Both the position numbers and the translations under genes were made by a program. Of a DNA stretch of 64,000 bases, positions 13,177 to 25,705 are shown in pieces. The notes beneath the pieces were generated by a model, which was given only the letters and a program-made list of their open reading frames with translations, ran no database searches and was not told the DNA's origin. How positions within the stretch are numbered: the stretch's first letter is position 1; the number at the start of each line of letters is the position of its first letter. The stretch is from Octopus vulgaris (lineage: Eukaryota): positions 89,900,001 through 89,964,000 of the forward strand of contig OX597824.1 of NCBI GenBank assembly GCA_951406725.2, given 5' to 3'.

Positions 13177-13540
13177 AAATGTGTGCAAAGTACAAGAAAT
13201 ATTAATGCAGTATATGGGGATTGGACAATAAGCGTAAGGCAGTGTCAATGGTGGTTCCAGAAATCCCGAGCCATAAACTACAGCCTAGAAGACGAGCCTC
13301 ATCCTGAAAGATCTGTAGAACTCGACAAGGACATCCTGAAAACCCTGGTGGAACAAAATATCATCGTAACTGTTGAGGAACTAGCAGAGAAGCTTGGATT
13401 TGGTCATTCAACCATTCATTGACACCTGTGTGCTATCGGAAAAGTCAGCAAATTGGGTCAATGGGTTCCTCACGAACTTTCCGAGTCTAATTGCATGCAG
13501 AGAGTGAATGTATGCTTTTCTTTGCTGTCATATCTCACCA
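13177..13540 (+). pseudogene. Mariner transposase N-terminal fragment (degenerate)
   Basis: ...TRNINAVYG...QCQWWFQK...LEDEPHPERS...VTVEELAEKLG..HSTIH*HL..IGKVSKLGQWVPHELS; WVPHEL motif; in-frame stop; ends just before Helitron. Confidence 0.88.
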
Positions 13541-13557
13541 CTACTGCGCTATGTATA

Positions 13558-14194
13558 TCTATATATATAAAACTGTAGTTGTGTGAGTGTCTGTCCCCTT
13601 CGATTTAGATTCCTAACTACTCCCACATTTTGCTGTACAGTTTAACCAAATTCGGGTAGCTTATAGTCGTGATTCATATCGAGCCCGTCTGAATATTAGC
13701 GCGCGTCTACGATGAGTCTACGATTTTAAAAATAATTTAACATCATTTTTTATTCCATTTTAATGCATAATTTTTCGTGTGTCGATGGCGGCGGAGTTGG
13801 CGTCCACGCTCACACCTGCACCTGTGGGGAAGGGAGTGTAAGGAAATCAACGTCGTAATGCGTTGTCAAGGAGACCAGTGTTCTTTTAGAACAACGACTT
13901 GATGGCTTGAAGACACCAAAACAGAAATGGCTAAGAAAGCGTCTACATGAGTCTACGATTTAAAAAAAAATTTACCATCGTTTTTTTTCCATTTTAATGC
14001 ATTTTTTCGCTATTATATAAGGGAAGTAACTCTCTAAAAATGTCTACGATGAGTCAACGATTTAAAAAAAATTTTACCATCATATTTTTTCCATTTTTAA
14101 TGCATTTTTTGCTATTTTTTGGCTATAACTCTCTAAAAATGCTTATATAGTTATTTCCCTTACAAACCCGAGCAACGCCAGGCGATACTGCTAG
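13558..14194 (+). mobile_element. Non-autonomous Helitron with internal tandem repeats
   Basis: A|TCTATATATATAAAA start; CCCGAGCAACGCCAGG hairpin; CTAG|T end; three internal GTCTACGATGAGTC...TTAATGCAT units. Confidence 0.88.
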
Positions 14195-14904
14195 TATAAT
14201 ATATCGCCGTTGTGAAATGTTCGCTTGCGTTTTTCGTAAGTCTATCCCCTTTTCGCTTTTATCTGCTTCGCCAATCCCTTATATTCTTCACCGTTAATAA
14301 CGAAATACTGACGCATTATCAACTCCCTTTTGACAAACAGCTTCATATCTTCCATTATTGTAATCAGCCGACTTCCTGTTATTCTATACAGAAAGCATTT
14401 TTCGAATTCTGAATGGCAAACACATACACGCTAACGTACATACATACATACATGCAAGCATACATACATACATACATACATACATACATACATACATACA
14501 TACATACATACATACATACATACACACATGCATGCATACATACATACATACATACATACATACATACATACATACATACATACATACATACATACATACA
14601 TACATACATACATACATACATACATACATACATACGTACATAGATACATACATACATACATACACACAAATATACATACACGCGTATACACGCACACGCA
14701 CACATACATATATACTCGTATATATAAAGGAAAATCGCAAACAACATACGTTTATATAGTTACGATCACGAATACAAAAAGCAGCAAACACACACACCTA
14801 CGTACATACATACACACATACACACATACACACACACATACACACCTACATACATACATACATACATACATACATACATACATACATACATACATACATA
14901 CATA

Positions 14905-15313
14905 CTCTCTACTCTTCTGCTCTTTTACTTGTTTCAGTCATTTGACTGCGGCCATGCTGGAGCACCGCTTTTAGTCGAGCAAATCGACCCCAGGACTTAT
15001 TCTTTGTAAGCCTAGTACTTATTCTATCGGTCTCTTTCGCCGAACAGCTAAGTTACGGGGACATAAACACACCAGCATCGGTTGTCAAGCGATGTTGAGG
15101 GGGACAAACACAGACACACAAACATACACAAACATATATACATATACATATATACGACGGGCTTCTTTCAGTTTCCGTCTACTACATCCACTCACAAGGC
15201 TTTGGTCGACCCGAGGCTATAGTAGAAACCACTTGCCCAAGGTGCCACGCAGTGGGCCTGAACCCGGAACCATGTAGTTAGTAAGCTACTTACCACACAG
15301 CCACTCCTACGCC
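14905..15313 (-). mobile_element. SINE family A, full length
   Basis: Complete head-CORE-microsatellite-3' module-tail. Confidence 0.92.
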
Positions 15314-15341
15314 TATATACATACACGAATATATGCATATA

Positions 15342-15501
15342 CAGGCGTGGCTGTGCAGTAAGAAGTTGGTTTCCCAACCACATGGTTTCAGGTTCAGTCT
15401 CACTGGGTGGCACCTTGGGCAAGCGTCTTCTATTGTAACCTCGAGTCGATCAAAGCTTTATGAGTAGATTTCGTAGACGGAAACTGAAAGAAGCCTGTCG
15501 T
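15342..15501 (+). mobile_element. SINE family A, 5' half (divergent to previous copy)
   Basis: GGCGTGGCTGTGCAGTAAG...GGTTCAGTCTCACTG...GAAACTGAAAGAAGCC. Confidence 0.85.
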
Positions 15502-15547
15502 ATAATGTATATATCTCTCTGTGTGTGCATGTGCGTGTGTGTGTGTG

Positions 15548-15629
<82 letters not shown>

Positions 15630-15659
15630 TGTGTGTCGTGTGTATGTGTATGTATGTAT

Positions 15660-15842
15660 TGGCAGAATTGTTCGCACCGGACAAAATTTTTCAGCTTTAC
15701 GTCCTGGGGTCAAATGTCACCGCGGTTAACTTTGCTTTTCGTCTTTTCGAGGTCGATAAAATAAAGTACAACTCAAATCATAGGATCGATGTAATCGATT
15801 CCCTCTCTCCTATCTAATTGCTGGCTTTATGCCAAAATTAGG
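15660..15842 (+). mobile_element. SINE family B2, degenerate
   Basis: TGGCAGAATTGTTCGCAC...TCGAGGTCGATAAAATAAAGTAC...GATCGATGTAATCGA. Confidence 0.7.
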
Positions 15843-15864
15843 ATGAAGATATTACTTGTACGTC

Positions 15865-16430
15865 TATTCAAGGCACACGTGGAATAGGCGCCGAAATATG
15901 GATGTTGAAATCTCAAAGAAAATAAGGGTAGGATGGAAGGCATTTAAGTCAATAAAGGATGTGATCCAAACCAATCTAGACAATGTTATACGTGCCAGAC
16001 TCTTCAATAGCACCGTCCTAGCTGCACTCTTATACCCAAGTGAGACGTGGGCTATTACGAAGAGGATAGAACATCGCTTGGCTGTAATGCAAAGGGCCAT
16101 GGAAAGACCCCTTGCTAGGAATATCATTAAGAAACCACGTTTGGAATGAGATAATTCAAGAAGGGAGCAGAGCGAACGAAGTGATCTCAGAGTACGACAA
16201 GCAGAAGTGTGACAAGGTTCGCAAGGTGGACTTATGCAGTCGCTGAGTGGTATCCAAGAGACCGGGAAAAGCCACTTGGGAGGCCTCCACAACGATGGGA
16301 AGACTATTTAGTGAAGTATCTTGGGTCAAAAGAGAAAATATTGGCGCAATCAAGATAGAATTGGAAGTGCATTGTGACCAGCGGTGTATTACAGCATCTG
16401 ATGATGCGGTCGGAACTGTGATACTCTGAT
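15865..16430 (+). mobile_element. RTE-clade LINE, ORF C-terminal remnant
   Basis: EISKKIRVGWKAF...RARLFNSTVLAALLYPSETWAITK...LAVMQRAMER resembles the RTE post-RT region; frameshifted. Confidence 0.8.
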
Positions 16431-17015
16431 ATTACTTGTATCTATTTTATCGGGCCTGGCCGACATAAAGAAATCAAAAACGACCAGACAGAAGTTTATA
16501 ATTAGAACATAGGACCACGTGATTCATTAGCGCAAATAATTTTGTTTCAGCGTCCGCTGGTCGGTTACCTAACAATATTGTTATCCACGAACTGTTTAGC
16601 GGATATTGTCCCGTACGGACTAAAAACTAATTAGACTAGCGTGTCCAGTCAAGATAAAACTAAAACTGAAAATTGGAACTTAATTAAGTTCGGAGATTAT
16701 TCAAGATAATTAACCACAAAGACTTAAGGATTAAATGTGTGTGCGCGCGCACGTGTATGTACAGATGAGGGAGTCATGTAGAGGCTCCCTTATCTGGATT
16801 GTAGTCATTATGTTGTTGATTAACTTCAACTCAGCTCTATTTCAGTAGACCTACAATGAAGGGCGCTCTAGACATGACCATCCTGTGTTATTTTTAGACC
16901 TTGTATCTAGAAGTACATCGTCTAATAGGTTGTATGTATGTTTGTGAGAATGCTTGAGTTGTGTGAACATGTACGTAGGACTGAATGTATATGTGTATTT
17001 CAATGGACAAACATG

Positions 17016-17578
17016 AGCACGCCGGGCGAAATGTTTAGCGGTATTTCGTCTGACGCTACGTTCTGAGTTCAAATTCCGCCGAGGTCGACTTTGCCTTTCA
17101 TCCTTTCGGGATCGATTAAATAAGTACCAGTTACGCACTGGGGTCGATATGATCGACTTAATCCGTTTCTCTGTCCTTCTTTGTCTCCTCTGTGTTTAGC
17201 CCCTTGTGGGCAATAAAGAAATAGGTATTTCGTCTGCCGCTACGTTCCGAGTTCAAATTCCTCCGAGGTCGACTTTGCCTTTCATCCTTTCGGGGTCGAT
17301 TAAATAAGTACCAGTTACGCACTGGGATCGATATAATCGACTTAATCCGTTGGTCAGTCCTTGTTTGTCCTCTCTGTGTTTAACCCCTTGTGGGTAATAA
17401 AGAAATAGGTATTTCGTCTGTCTTTACGTTCTGAGTTCAAATTCCGCAGCAATTGACTTTGCCTTTCATCATTTCGGAGTCGATAAATTAAATACCAGTT
17501 GCGTACTTGGGTCGAACTAATCAACCGGCTCCCTCCCCACCAAAATTTCGGGCCTTGTGCCTAGAGTAGAACAGAATA
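17016..17578 (+). mobile_element. SINE family B trimer (two B1 units of 184 bp, then a B2-tailed unit)
   Basis: GGTATTTCGTCTG at 17040, 17224 and 17408; the latter two directly follow AATAAAGAAATA. Confidence 0.9.
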
Positions 17579-17589
17579 TAGTACTATCT

Positions 17590-17948
17590 TCTTTAAGTTT
17601 TCGGGAAACGTTCATCGAAGGCCACTTTTTGGTATGCCGAGCGTTTCACATCCAGGTTTTCTTCCTGGGGTACAGAGGATTCGCAATCTAGACAAGGGTC
17701 TGAAAGTTTACCACACCATAGTGGGTTACACCATGGTTCCTCTGCTTTGTGGTAGAAGTAGGAAGAAAGAGTGAGAGAAAGTTGTGGTGAAAGTGTACAG
17801 CGGGGTTCACTACTACCCACCGCCGGATCCTCGTGAAGCTTAGGTGTTTTTACTCAATAAACACTCACAATGCCTTGTCTGGAAATCAAAACCGCGTTCT
17901 TACGACCGCGAGTCCGCTGCCCTAAGCACTGGGCCAGTGCGCCTCCAC
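17590..17948 (-). mobile_element. SINE family D (tRNA-Arg(TCG)-like head)
   Basis: rc: GTGGAGGCGCACTGGCCCAGTGCTTAGGGCAGCGGACTCGCGGTCGTAAG...; second copy at 18160-18295. Confidence 0.7.
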
Positions 17949-18159
17949 TGCAGTTGTTGTTACGGTTGTCAGCGATGTTGTCATAATCATCGTCGTTCCC
18001 GTGGTAACAGTTCTATTTGCCGTTTAACTGCGAGTAGACCCAAACTGAGCAGACCCCTGCATTCCATAAAGCATTCCAGCCGTCACCAATCGGTCTATTT
18101 AATGAAAGTACTACAGGACTTACGTTATCTAATATGTATTTATAAGAGAAATGGTTACC

Positions 18160-18295
18160 ACTAACCCCCGCCGGAACCTCGTGAAGCTTAGATGTTTTTG
18201 CTTAATAAACACTCACAATGCCTTGTCTGGAAATCAAAACCGCGTTCTTACGACCGCGAGTCCGCTGCCCTAACCACCGGGCCATTGCATCTCTA
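18160..18295 (-). mobile_element. SINE family D, 5' part
   Basis: Near-identical to 17815-17948. Confidence 0.7.
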
Positions 18296-18726
18296 CTTTG
18301 CAGCTGTTGTTTAACAAGTGCTATCTGAGAAAGACTATGCGGCATTGGGAGGTTACCACCATTGGTCTCAAGCCTCTACTTCCTTTATCTCTTTTTTGGT
18401 GGAGCCTATGACTGTCTCTGTGGAGATTTCCTATTGATATCAGTGTCTTGCGGTTTCTAGTGTCTATGGATTGGATTTCTTCTACAGACTAATCAAGATT
18501 CCCAAATGCCGGACCCAAGTACTGCAAATGCTTTGTGAGATATTTATGCATGTATGTATGTATGTATGTATGTATGTATGTATGTATGTATGTATGTATG
18601 TATGTATGTATGCATGTATGTATGTATGTATGTATGTGTGTATGTATGTATGTATGTATGTATGTATGTATGTATGTATGTATGTATGTATACTTACATA
18701 TAAGAGAACAAAGTGTACGTACGCTG

Positions 18727-18753
<27 letters not shown>

Positions 18754-18758
<5 letters not shown>

Positions 18759-18977
18759 CAAAATGGGACAAGAATGCAAAACATCCAGATAGACGATACA
18801 AAAAACACGGACGGGTCATTCGAAGCCTTTAATCTTCAGTCAAGAACCGGATCATCCTCGCAATTTCGGCTGGAGGATGATCCGGTTCTTGACTGAAAAT
18901 TAAAGGCTTCGAATGACCCGTCCGTGTTTTTTGTATCGTCTATCTGGATGTTTTGCATTCTTGTCCCATTTTGTATT

Positions 18978-18978
<1 letters not shown>
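18754..18978. repeat. 106-bp near-perfect inverted repeat (13-nt loop), Penelope-like end fold-back
   Basis: Arms 18754-18859 and 18873-18978 with one mismatch seen; (TA)n on both sides; homolog at 31425-31585. Confidence 0.9.
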
Positions 18979-19025
<47 letters not shown>

Positions 19026-19085
19026 TGTATGTATGTATGTATGTATGTATGTATGCATGTATGTGCTGATTTGTATGTTTTACGA

Positions 19086-19217
19086 GCCACATGGTTCCGG
19101 GTTCAGTCCCACTGCGTGGCACCTTGGGCAAGTGCCTTCTACTATAGCCTCGGGCCGACCAAAGCCTTGTGAGTGGATTTGGTAGACGGAAACTGAAAGA
19201 AGCCCGTCGTATATATG

Positions 19218-19248
<31 letters not shown>

Positions 19249-19469
19249 TTGCGTGTCTGTGTTTGTCCCCCCAACATTGCTTGACAACCGATGCTGGTGT
19301 GTTTATGTCCCCGTAATTTAGCGGTTCGGTAAAAAGGAGCCCGATAGTATAAGTACTAGGCTTACAATGAATAAGTCCTGGGGTCGAGTTGCTAGACTAA
19401 AGGCGGTGCTCCAGCATGGCCGCAGTCAAATGACTGAAACAAGTAAAAGAGTAAAAGAGAGTAAAGAGT
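19086..19469 (+). mobile_element. SINE family A, near full length
   Basis: From CCACATGGTTCCGGG to (GTAAAAGA)n tail. Confidence 0.92.
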
Positions 19470-19760
19470 ATAGTTACATATCTAGACATGTTCATATATA
19501 TTTAAATGATAAACTTCGTATGCAAGTATGTATGTATGTATATATACGGGCATCCACCGTGTTACGGCAACCTCAGGTTACTGGATTTCGAGCTTACGGA
19601 AATTGTTACGTATGACCGATGATTTCGGGTTTGGCATTTCACCCTTACAGAAATTAAAAACTACTGTTGCTTCTTAACCGAAAATCCCCTTTTTGGGGAT
19701 TTTTTTGCTTAGTTCGAAGTATGATTAACAGCTTTAAAGACTATAACCATGATACGTTCC

Positions 19761-19802
<42 letters not shown>

Positions 19803-19927
19803 CTTTTGTGTGTGAATGTGTGTGTGCATGCAGTTGTTTGTCACGCCACACTATAAACCCTAACGGTGGTGTGTCTATTTGTGTATCTGTGTGCATTTTC
19901 TCAGATTAAAATAAGTCTCTCTCTCCC

Positions 19928-20021
<94 letters not shown>

Positions 20022-21264
20022 TATATATGTGAATATATATATATATATGTATACACATATATATGTATATATATATGTGAATATATATGTATACACACAT
20101 ATATATACATATGCATATATATGTGTATGAATATATATATGTATACACTTATATATATGCATATATGCATATATATATGTGTGTGTGTGTGTGTGTATGT
20201 ATGTATACATACACACTCACACACACACATCTTTACCGCCACTATATATCATCAACACCGACACAACCAACCAATAGAACGACTGTCATCACCAACCCAC
20301 CAACTCTTTGATGACCGTCAGCAACATTTGTCTGAACAAGACAAGCAGCTCCGCCTTAAATAAAACAATTACATGAGATAGTATGATACACGAGTCTATT
20401 TTTAAAGGTCGAACGAAATGTCTTTGATCTAAAATCAATGAGAATTGACTTGAGACTAAACAACAACGACAATACAATTTATAATAACAATATGACCACC
20501 ACCACCAACAACAACAACATGGTACCTACTATCACCAGAAAATATAGAATTACCATTATCTTTTGAATAATCAACTGTAATAATACTATCAGCATCTTAT
20601 AATTTCAGCCATGTCTGTAGCTACATATGTTGTATGTCATCACAACAGTGTGTGTGTATGTCAGTGTGAGTATGTGTAGATATATGTTTGTGTGTGTGTG
20701 CGTGATAAAATGGGCTGTTTTCAGATGTGTAAGGAGCAAAATACCCATGAACCTGTTATCGTACAGTGCTTCCTCCCACCTTACTCCTCACTCTTTCGTC
20801 CCTTTATCATCTCATTTTCATTCTTACGCAAATAAGAATAAAAACCAATTGCTTATCTCCCACAAAACTTTCATGGTGCAATCTTATTCTTTGTTTCATT
20901 TTTTGTTTTTGTTTTTGTTTTTTACGAGATATCTTATGAACAAATGTTGCCACCGCTGTTGGATTTATCTGAAATTCAAGATGCCTGGACGGAAGCTACC
21001 AAGTGGACCTGAAAGTCATAGAGCGAAAAGGATCCGTAACTTCCGACGTAAGGGGAGCTAACTAAGTACCACGCACAAGTCCTCCGAGCCAACAAAGCTA
21101 CTGCCTTCGTGATTTTAATACAGTTAATCTCCGTGTTTTTATTTCTTGTGTTGTATTAACTGGATACAAAATTGTTGGATGCTAATTGGAGTTGTCTTGG
21201 CAACTAATTAAAATATACATTTACCATTATATCTACGTTTCTTTTATTTCATATTTTATCATGT

Positions 21265-21470
21265 ATTTGTTTTAGTCATTAGACTGTGGATATGCTGGGG
21301 CACTGCACTGAAGAATTTTTTGTTGACTGAATCGACCCCAGTACCTATTTTTTTTAAAGCCTGGTACCTACCTATTCAATCGCTCTCTTTAACCGAAATG
21401 CTAAGTTATAGGGACGTAAAAATACCAACACCGGTTGTCAAGCGGCGGTGGGCGACAACGCAAAGACACA
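21265..21470 (-). mobile_element. SINE family A, degenerate 3' half
   Basis: GTCATTAGACTGTGG...CGAAATGCTAAGTTATAGGGACG...CCGGTTGTCAAGCG. Confidence 0.7.
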
Positions 21471-21561
21471 CACACACACACACACACTCACACACACACA
21501 TATGTACACACATACACACACATATACAAACATACATGTATGTTTGTATTATGTATGTATG

Positions 21562-21770
21562 TAGCACATTTTCAGAGTACAAACTCCATCTTAATATCAC
21601 AGGAGAAAATCCGCACAGACTGGACAAGGCTCTCCAGTTCTGCCTCAGTTTTTTGTGAATAGCTTCAGGTCGTCCATGAATAGCAAGTGGCTCAGTTTAT
21701 CCTTACCGCCTCCCAGATCATACCCCAAATTTGTTTTATGTTGTATTTCACTCAAAGGAATCATTCGTGG
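21562..21770 (-). mobile_element. Dong/R4-clade LINE RT fragment
   Basis: rc translates MIPLSEI...GYDLG..KDKLSHLLFMDDLKLF, frameshift, ...LVQSVRIFSCDIKMEF..KC. Confidence 0.8.
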
Positions 21771-21825
21771 GGATCATTCCCATCATTATTATTATTATTC
21801 TCATTATTATTATTATTATTATTAT

Positions 21826-22249
21826 TGAGTGAGTGAGCAGAGCATGCCATCAAAGTGACACTGGGGTAAAATATACGAAGCCCAATATACCCATCATGAC
21901 TACCCGTCTGATAAGGGTACACCAGGCACATGCATCACAACCATATGTGCGCGGCATGGTGATCTTATATCAAGATAAACTGCACATGACCTTGCAGGTG
22001 GGGCCCAGTTAGAATTTTCTTCAGGTTGAGTAGCCCATCCCGCTCAAACGGTCCCTGAATAAGGGTTGTTTAAGGATGTTGAAAAACCCACCCATGTCTC
22101 CAGAGGTGAATTATTCAAACCCCAAAGAATCCCTCTCAACACATGGCTATGATGCTCCCCGACTACTTCTGCTCGTGATCAGAGATGCACATATCGTCAG
22201 CCACTAAGGGACATGCTCAACTGGTTAAGGTCAAACAACTGACAAGCAA

Positions 22250-22250
<1 letters not shown>
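21826..22250 (-). mobile_element. Probable LINE 3' UTR (Dong/R4-like) within (TAA)n
   Basis: Non-coding block flanked on both sides by (TTA)n, between two Dong fragments; clade and strand inferred. Confidence 0.5.
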
Positions 22251-22865
<615 letters not shown>

Positions 22866-23375
22866 TCTTTTTATGTTTTGATATTAAGATTTTAAAAAAA
22901 TTTACCTTGTTTGTTAAAACTTTTGGAAGTGGATCTGCATTACTGAGCAAATTTCGTTCCTGCACTTATGGATGCCTTGATGTTGACCTATATGCTCCTA
23001 AAACAATCGAAATGGTCGTGGCTGGAACGCGTTTCGTTATAGTTTTGATTGCAACTCAAGGTCGAGGTCGTTGCTAAACGAAAACAAGATAAACAAGAAC
23101 GACACCTGTAACGATAGCAACAACAACTACTGTTGCAGTAACAACAGCAACAACAATAACAACAACAACAACCGGAACGATAACAACAAGAACAAACATT
23201 CCAAGGAAAAATCAATTCGAATGAGAAAATGAAAAAAAAAAGGGAATAAAGCATTCATCACGTGTTTGGAGGAAGTGAAATGTGATTGAGGTGATAGAAA
23301 GAGGAAGGGGAGGAGATGAATCATAAGGGTCTCGGTGAGGTGGGGCTGCCTTATGTAGGTGACAATAGTAGAGGA

Positions 23376-23560
23376 GGCAGCGAGCTTAGCGGTGTTTTGT
23401 TCGTCTTTACGTTCTGAGTTCAAATTCCGCCGAGGTCGACTTTACCTTTTATCGTTTCGGGGTCGATAAATCAAGCACCAGTTGAGCACTGGGGCCGGTA
23501 TAATTGACTTATCCACTATCTCGAAATTGCTAGCCTTGTGCCAATATTTGAAACCGATAT
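23376..23560 (+). mobile_element. SINE family B2, internally deleted head
   Basis: GGCAGCGAGCTTAGCGG...CCGCCGAGGTCGACTTTACC...GCCTTGTGCCAATATTTGAAA. Confidence 0.75.
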
Positions 23561-23639
23561 TAGAAGAGAACAGATCGGTGTTAATGGTGATAGAATGCAG
23601 AGACGGTGGGGATTTCAGAATCCCCATATTTGAACCCGT

Positions 23640-23880
23640 AACACCAGCTGACACCCTTCGAGGCTCTAATGAGGTCCGTATTGATGTACTGCTTCCACAT
23701 CATTATTGGTGTTGCTGCAGCGCACAGAAGACATCTTGGAGTGCAACCAGAGAAGGGCCGCTCGACAAAATGGTGTTGAATCATTTACGGACACCGTCCA
23801 GCCTCTGCCCTTCACGGGCATGCTTCCCCCCTCTCTCTTTCTTCTGTTACATCTATAATGGTGCCTGGCAGGTCTCGCAC
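23640..23880 (+). mobile_element. Highly degenerate LINE ORF2 C-terminal remnant (CR1/Jockey-like)
   Basis: Frameshifted pieces LMRSVLMYCFH...ILECNQRRA...QPLP...LSFFCYIYNG resemble the conserved post-RT region. Confidence 0.4.
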
Positions 23881-24075
23881 CTTATTCTCGATCCATTTAG
23901 CTTTCAACCTCAGTCATGTCTTCGCCCCTGGGACTAAAGCAGCAACAATATCAACAATGTCCAAAACCGTGATTTTTAGGTCTATAACCCGAAACGTCGA
24001 ATTTTGCAACCGAACTAATATTTAACATCTTCCCTGGAATGACTAGTACCGGTGTTGCTGCTGCTGTTGTTGTTG

Positions 24076-24560
24076 TTAAGCAACAAGACGGGTAAGGGTG
24101 ATTTCACTGAGTCCGTTCCGTGGGTTGGGAGACGTCTGGCAGGTCGGGAGCGGAAGTCCACTTTTCCCAGATCCGAAGGACAAGGAGAGAGTCACTGGCC
24201 AGAGCGTCTGGGGTGGTTGGCATTTGCAGCGGGCGATAGATCTGTGGACAGTCGTAGACGACATGCTCCGCCGTCTCCTCTCCCATTCCGCACTTTTTGC
24301 AGGTTCTGTCTATGGCTCGGTCGATCTTGTAGAGCCAGTACTTGAGGTCCGGGTGATGACCTCTTCTAAGTCTGCTGAGTGTTACCTGCTGCTGCTGCCT
24401 GGTTAGAGATGAATCAGTGGTTCTGCTCACTTTCTCTCCATGGTCACCATAGATCCTCTTGACTCTTTCGTGTTTGAAGGGAGGTAGTTTAAGTGCCCGG
24501 TGGATCGCTACTTTCGCTGCGTCGTAGTGGTGGTGGGCTGTTGACTGCTGCTGTTCACCT
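24076..24560 (-). mobile_element. I-group LINE 3' end with CCHC knuckle
   Basis: RQQQVTLSRLRRGHH...CKKCGMGEETAEHVVYDCP; (CAA)n-type tail. Confidence 0.8.
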
Positions 24561-24567
24561 TGGTACT

Positions 24568-24682
24568 CATCGATAAATTAAGTACAAGTTACGCACTGGG
24601 GTCGATGTAATCGACTTGATACATATGTCTGTCCTTGTTTGTCTCCTCTATGTTTAGCCCCTTGTGGGTAATAAAGAAATAA
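24568..24682 (+). mobile_element. SINE family B1, 3' part
   Basis: TCGATAAATTAAGTAC...TTGTGGGTAATAAAGAAATA. Confidence 0.8.
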
Positions 24683-25289
24683 GCACTAAACAACATTCAA
24701 AACTGTTATTGTAGGGCTATAACCCGAAACGTCAAATTTTCCACACACCCCTCGATGCAACCAAACTTGGCTAACATCCCCCAATTCTGGATTTTGTAGA
24801 GCAGTCATTGTCGTCAACGTAGACTTTTATTAAATTTTCCCGATTCCGCATTTATTTCTTTATCTTTTATTTCTATCATTATTTTTTTTTATTCTTTTGG
24901 CTTTACAATAGCAGACTAACAAAAGAGTTCATGAATAGAAATAGAAGAATAGGGGTTGTTACAGATACCCCCAGCCCCTTTTTTCTGTCACTTTTCTGCC
25001 TCATTTGGTGTGCCCTGATAACCTAAAAACTAAACAAAGAGCTGCGAATGAAGAAGACAGCACTATAAAGGAACTGCTGTCAAGGATGGAGAAGGTAGGC
25101 ATTGAAGCAGCTTAGCTTGTCTCCTGAAGATGGATGAGAGAAGAAAGACTTAAGGTGTGCGATCGATATATTTGCTAACCTGTTTTATCTTAGTCTTATT
25201 GAAAACATGAGAAGTGATTATTGGTAAGCAAGGGGGTGGGGCGGAGGAGAGTGGTGGGTGCGGTGTCGGCGGCGGCGGTAGTGATTGTG

Positions 25290-25705
25290 GTGGTGGTGGT
25301 GGTCTTATGTGACGATGGCTGTGTCGATGGTACAGGTGTTGGTAGTGGTGGTGGTGATAATGGTTGTGATGGTGATGGTGATGGTGGTGGTGGTGATGGT
25401 GGTGGTTGTGATGGTAATGGTGGTGGTGGTGGTGGTGATGGTTGTAGTTGTTATGGTGATGGTAATGGTGGTGGTGGTGGTGGTGGTGGTGGTATTGATG
25501 ATGGTTGTGGTGGTGATGATGATTTTGATGATGGTGGTGGTGGTGATGGTTGTGGTTGTGATGGCGATGGTGGTGGTGGTGGTAGTAGTGGCGGTAGTGA
25601 TGGTGATGATTGTGATTGTGGTGGTGGTGGTAGTAGTTGTTATGGTGATGGTAGTGATGATGGTTGTGGTGGTGGTGATGGTTGTAGTGGTTGTTGTGGT
25701 AGTGA
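25290..25705. repeat. Degenerate (GGT/GAT)n trinucleotide tract
   Basis: Direct observation; similar tract at 25960-26230. Confidence 0.9.

Noticed and set aside
13018-13422. SETMAR-like host gene
   Set aside because: Mariner fragment only, with an in-frame stop and no SET domain.
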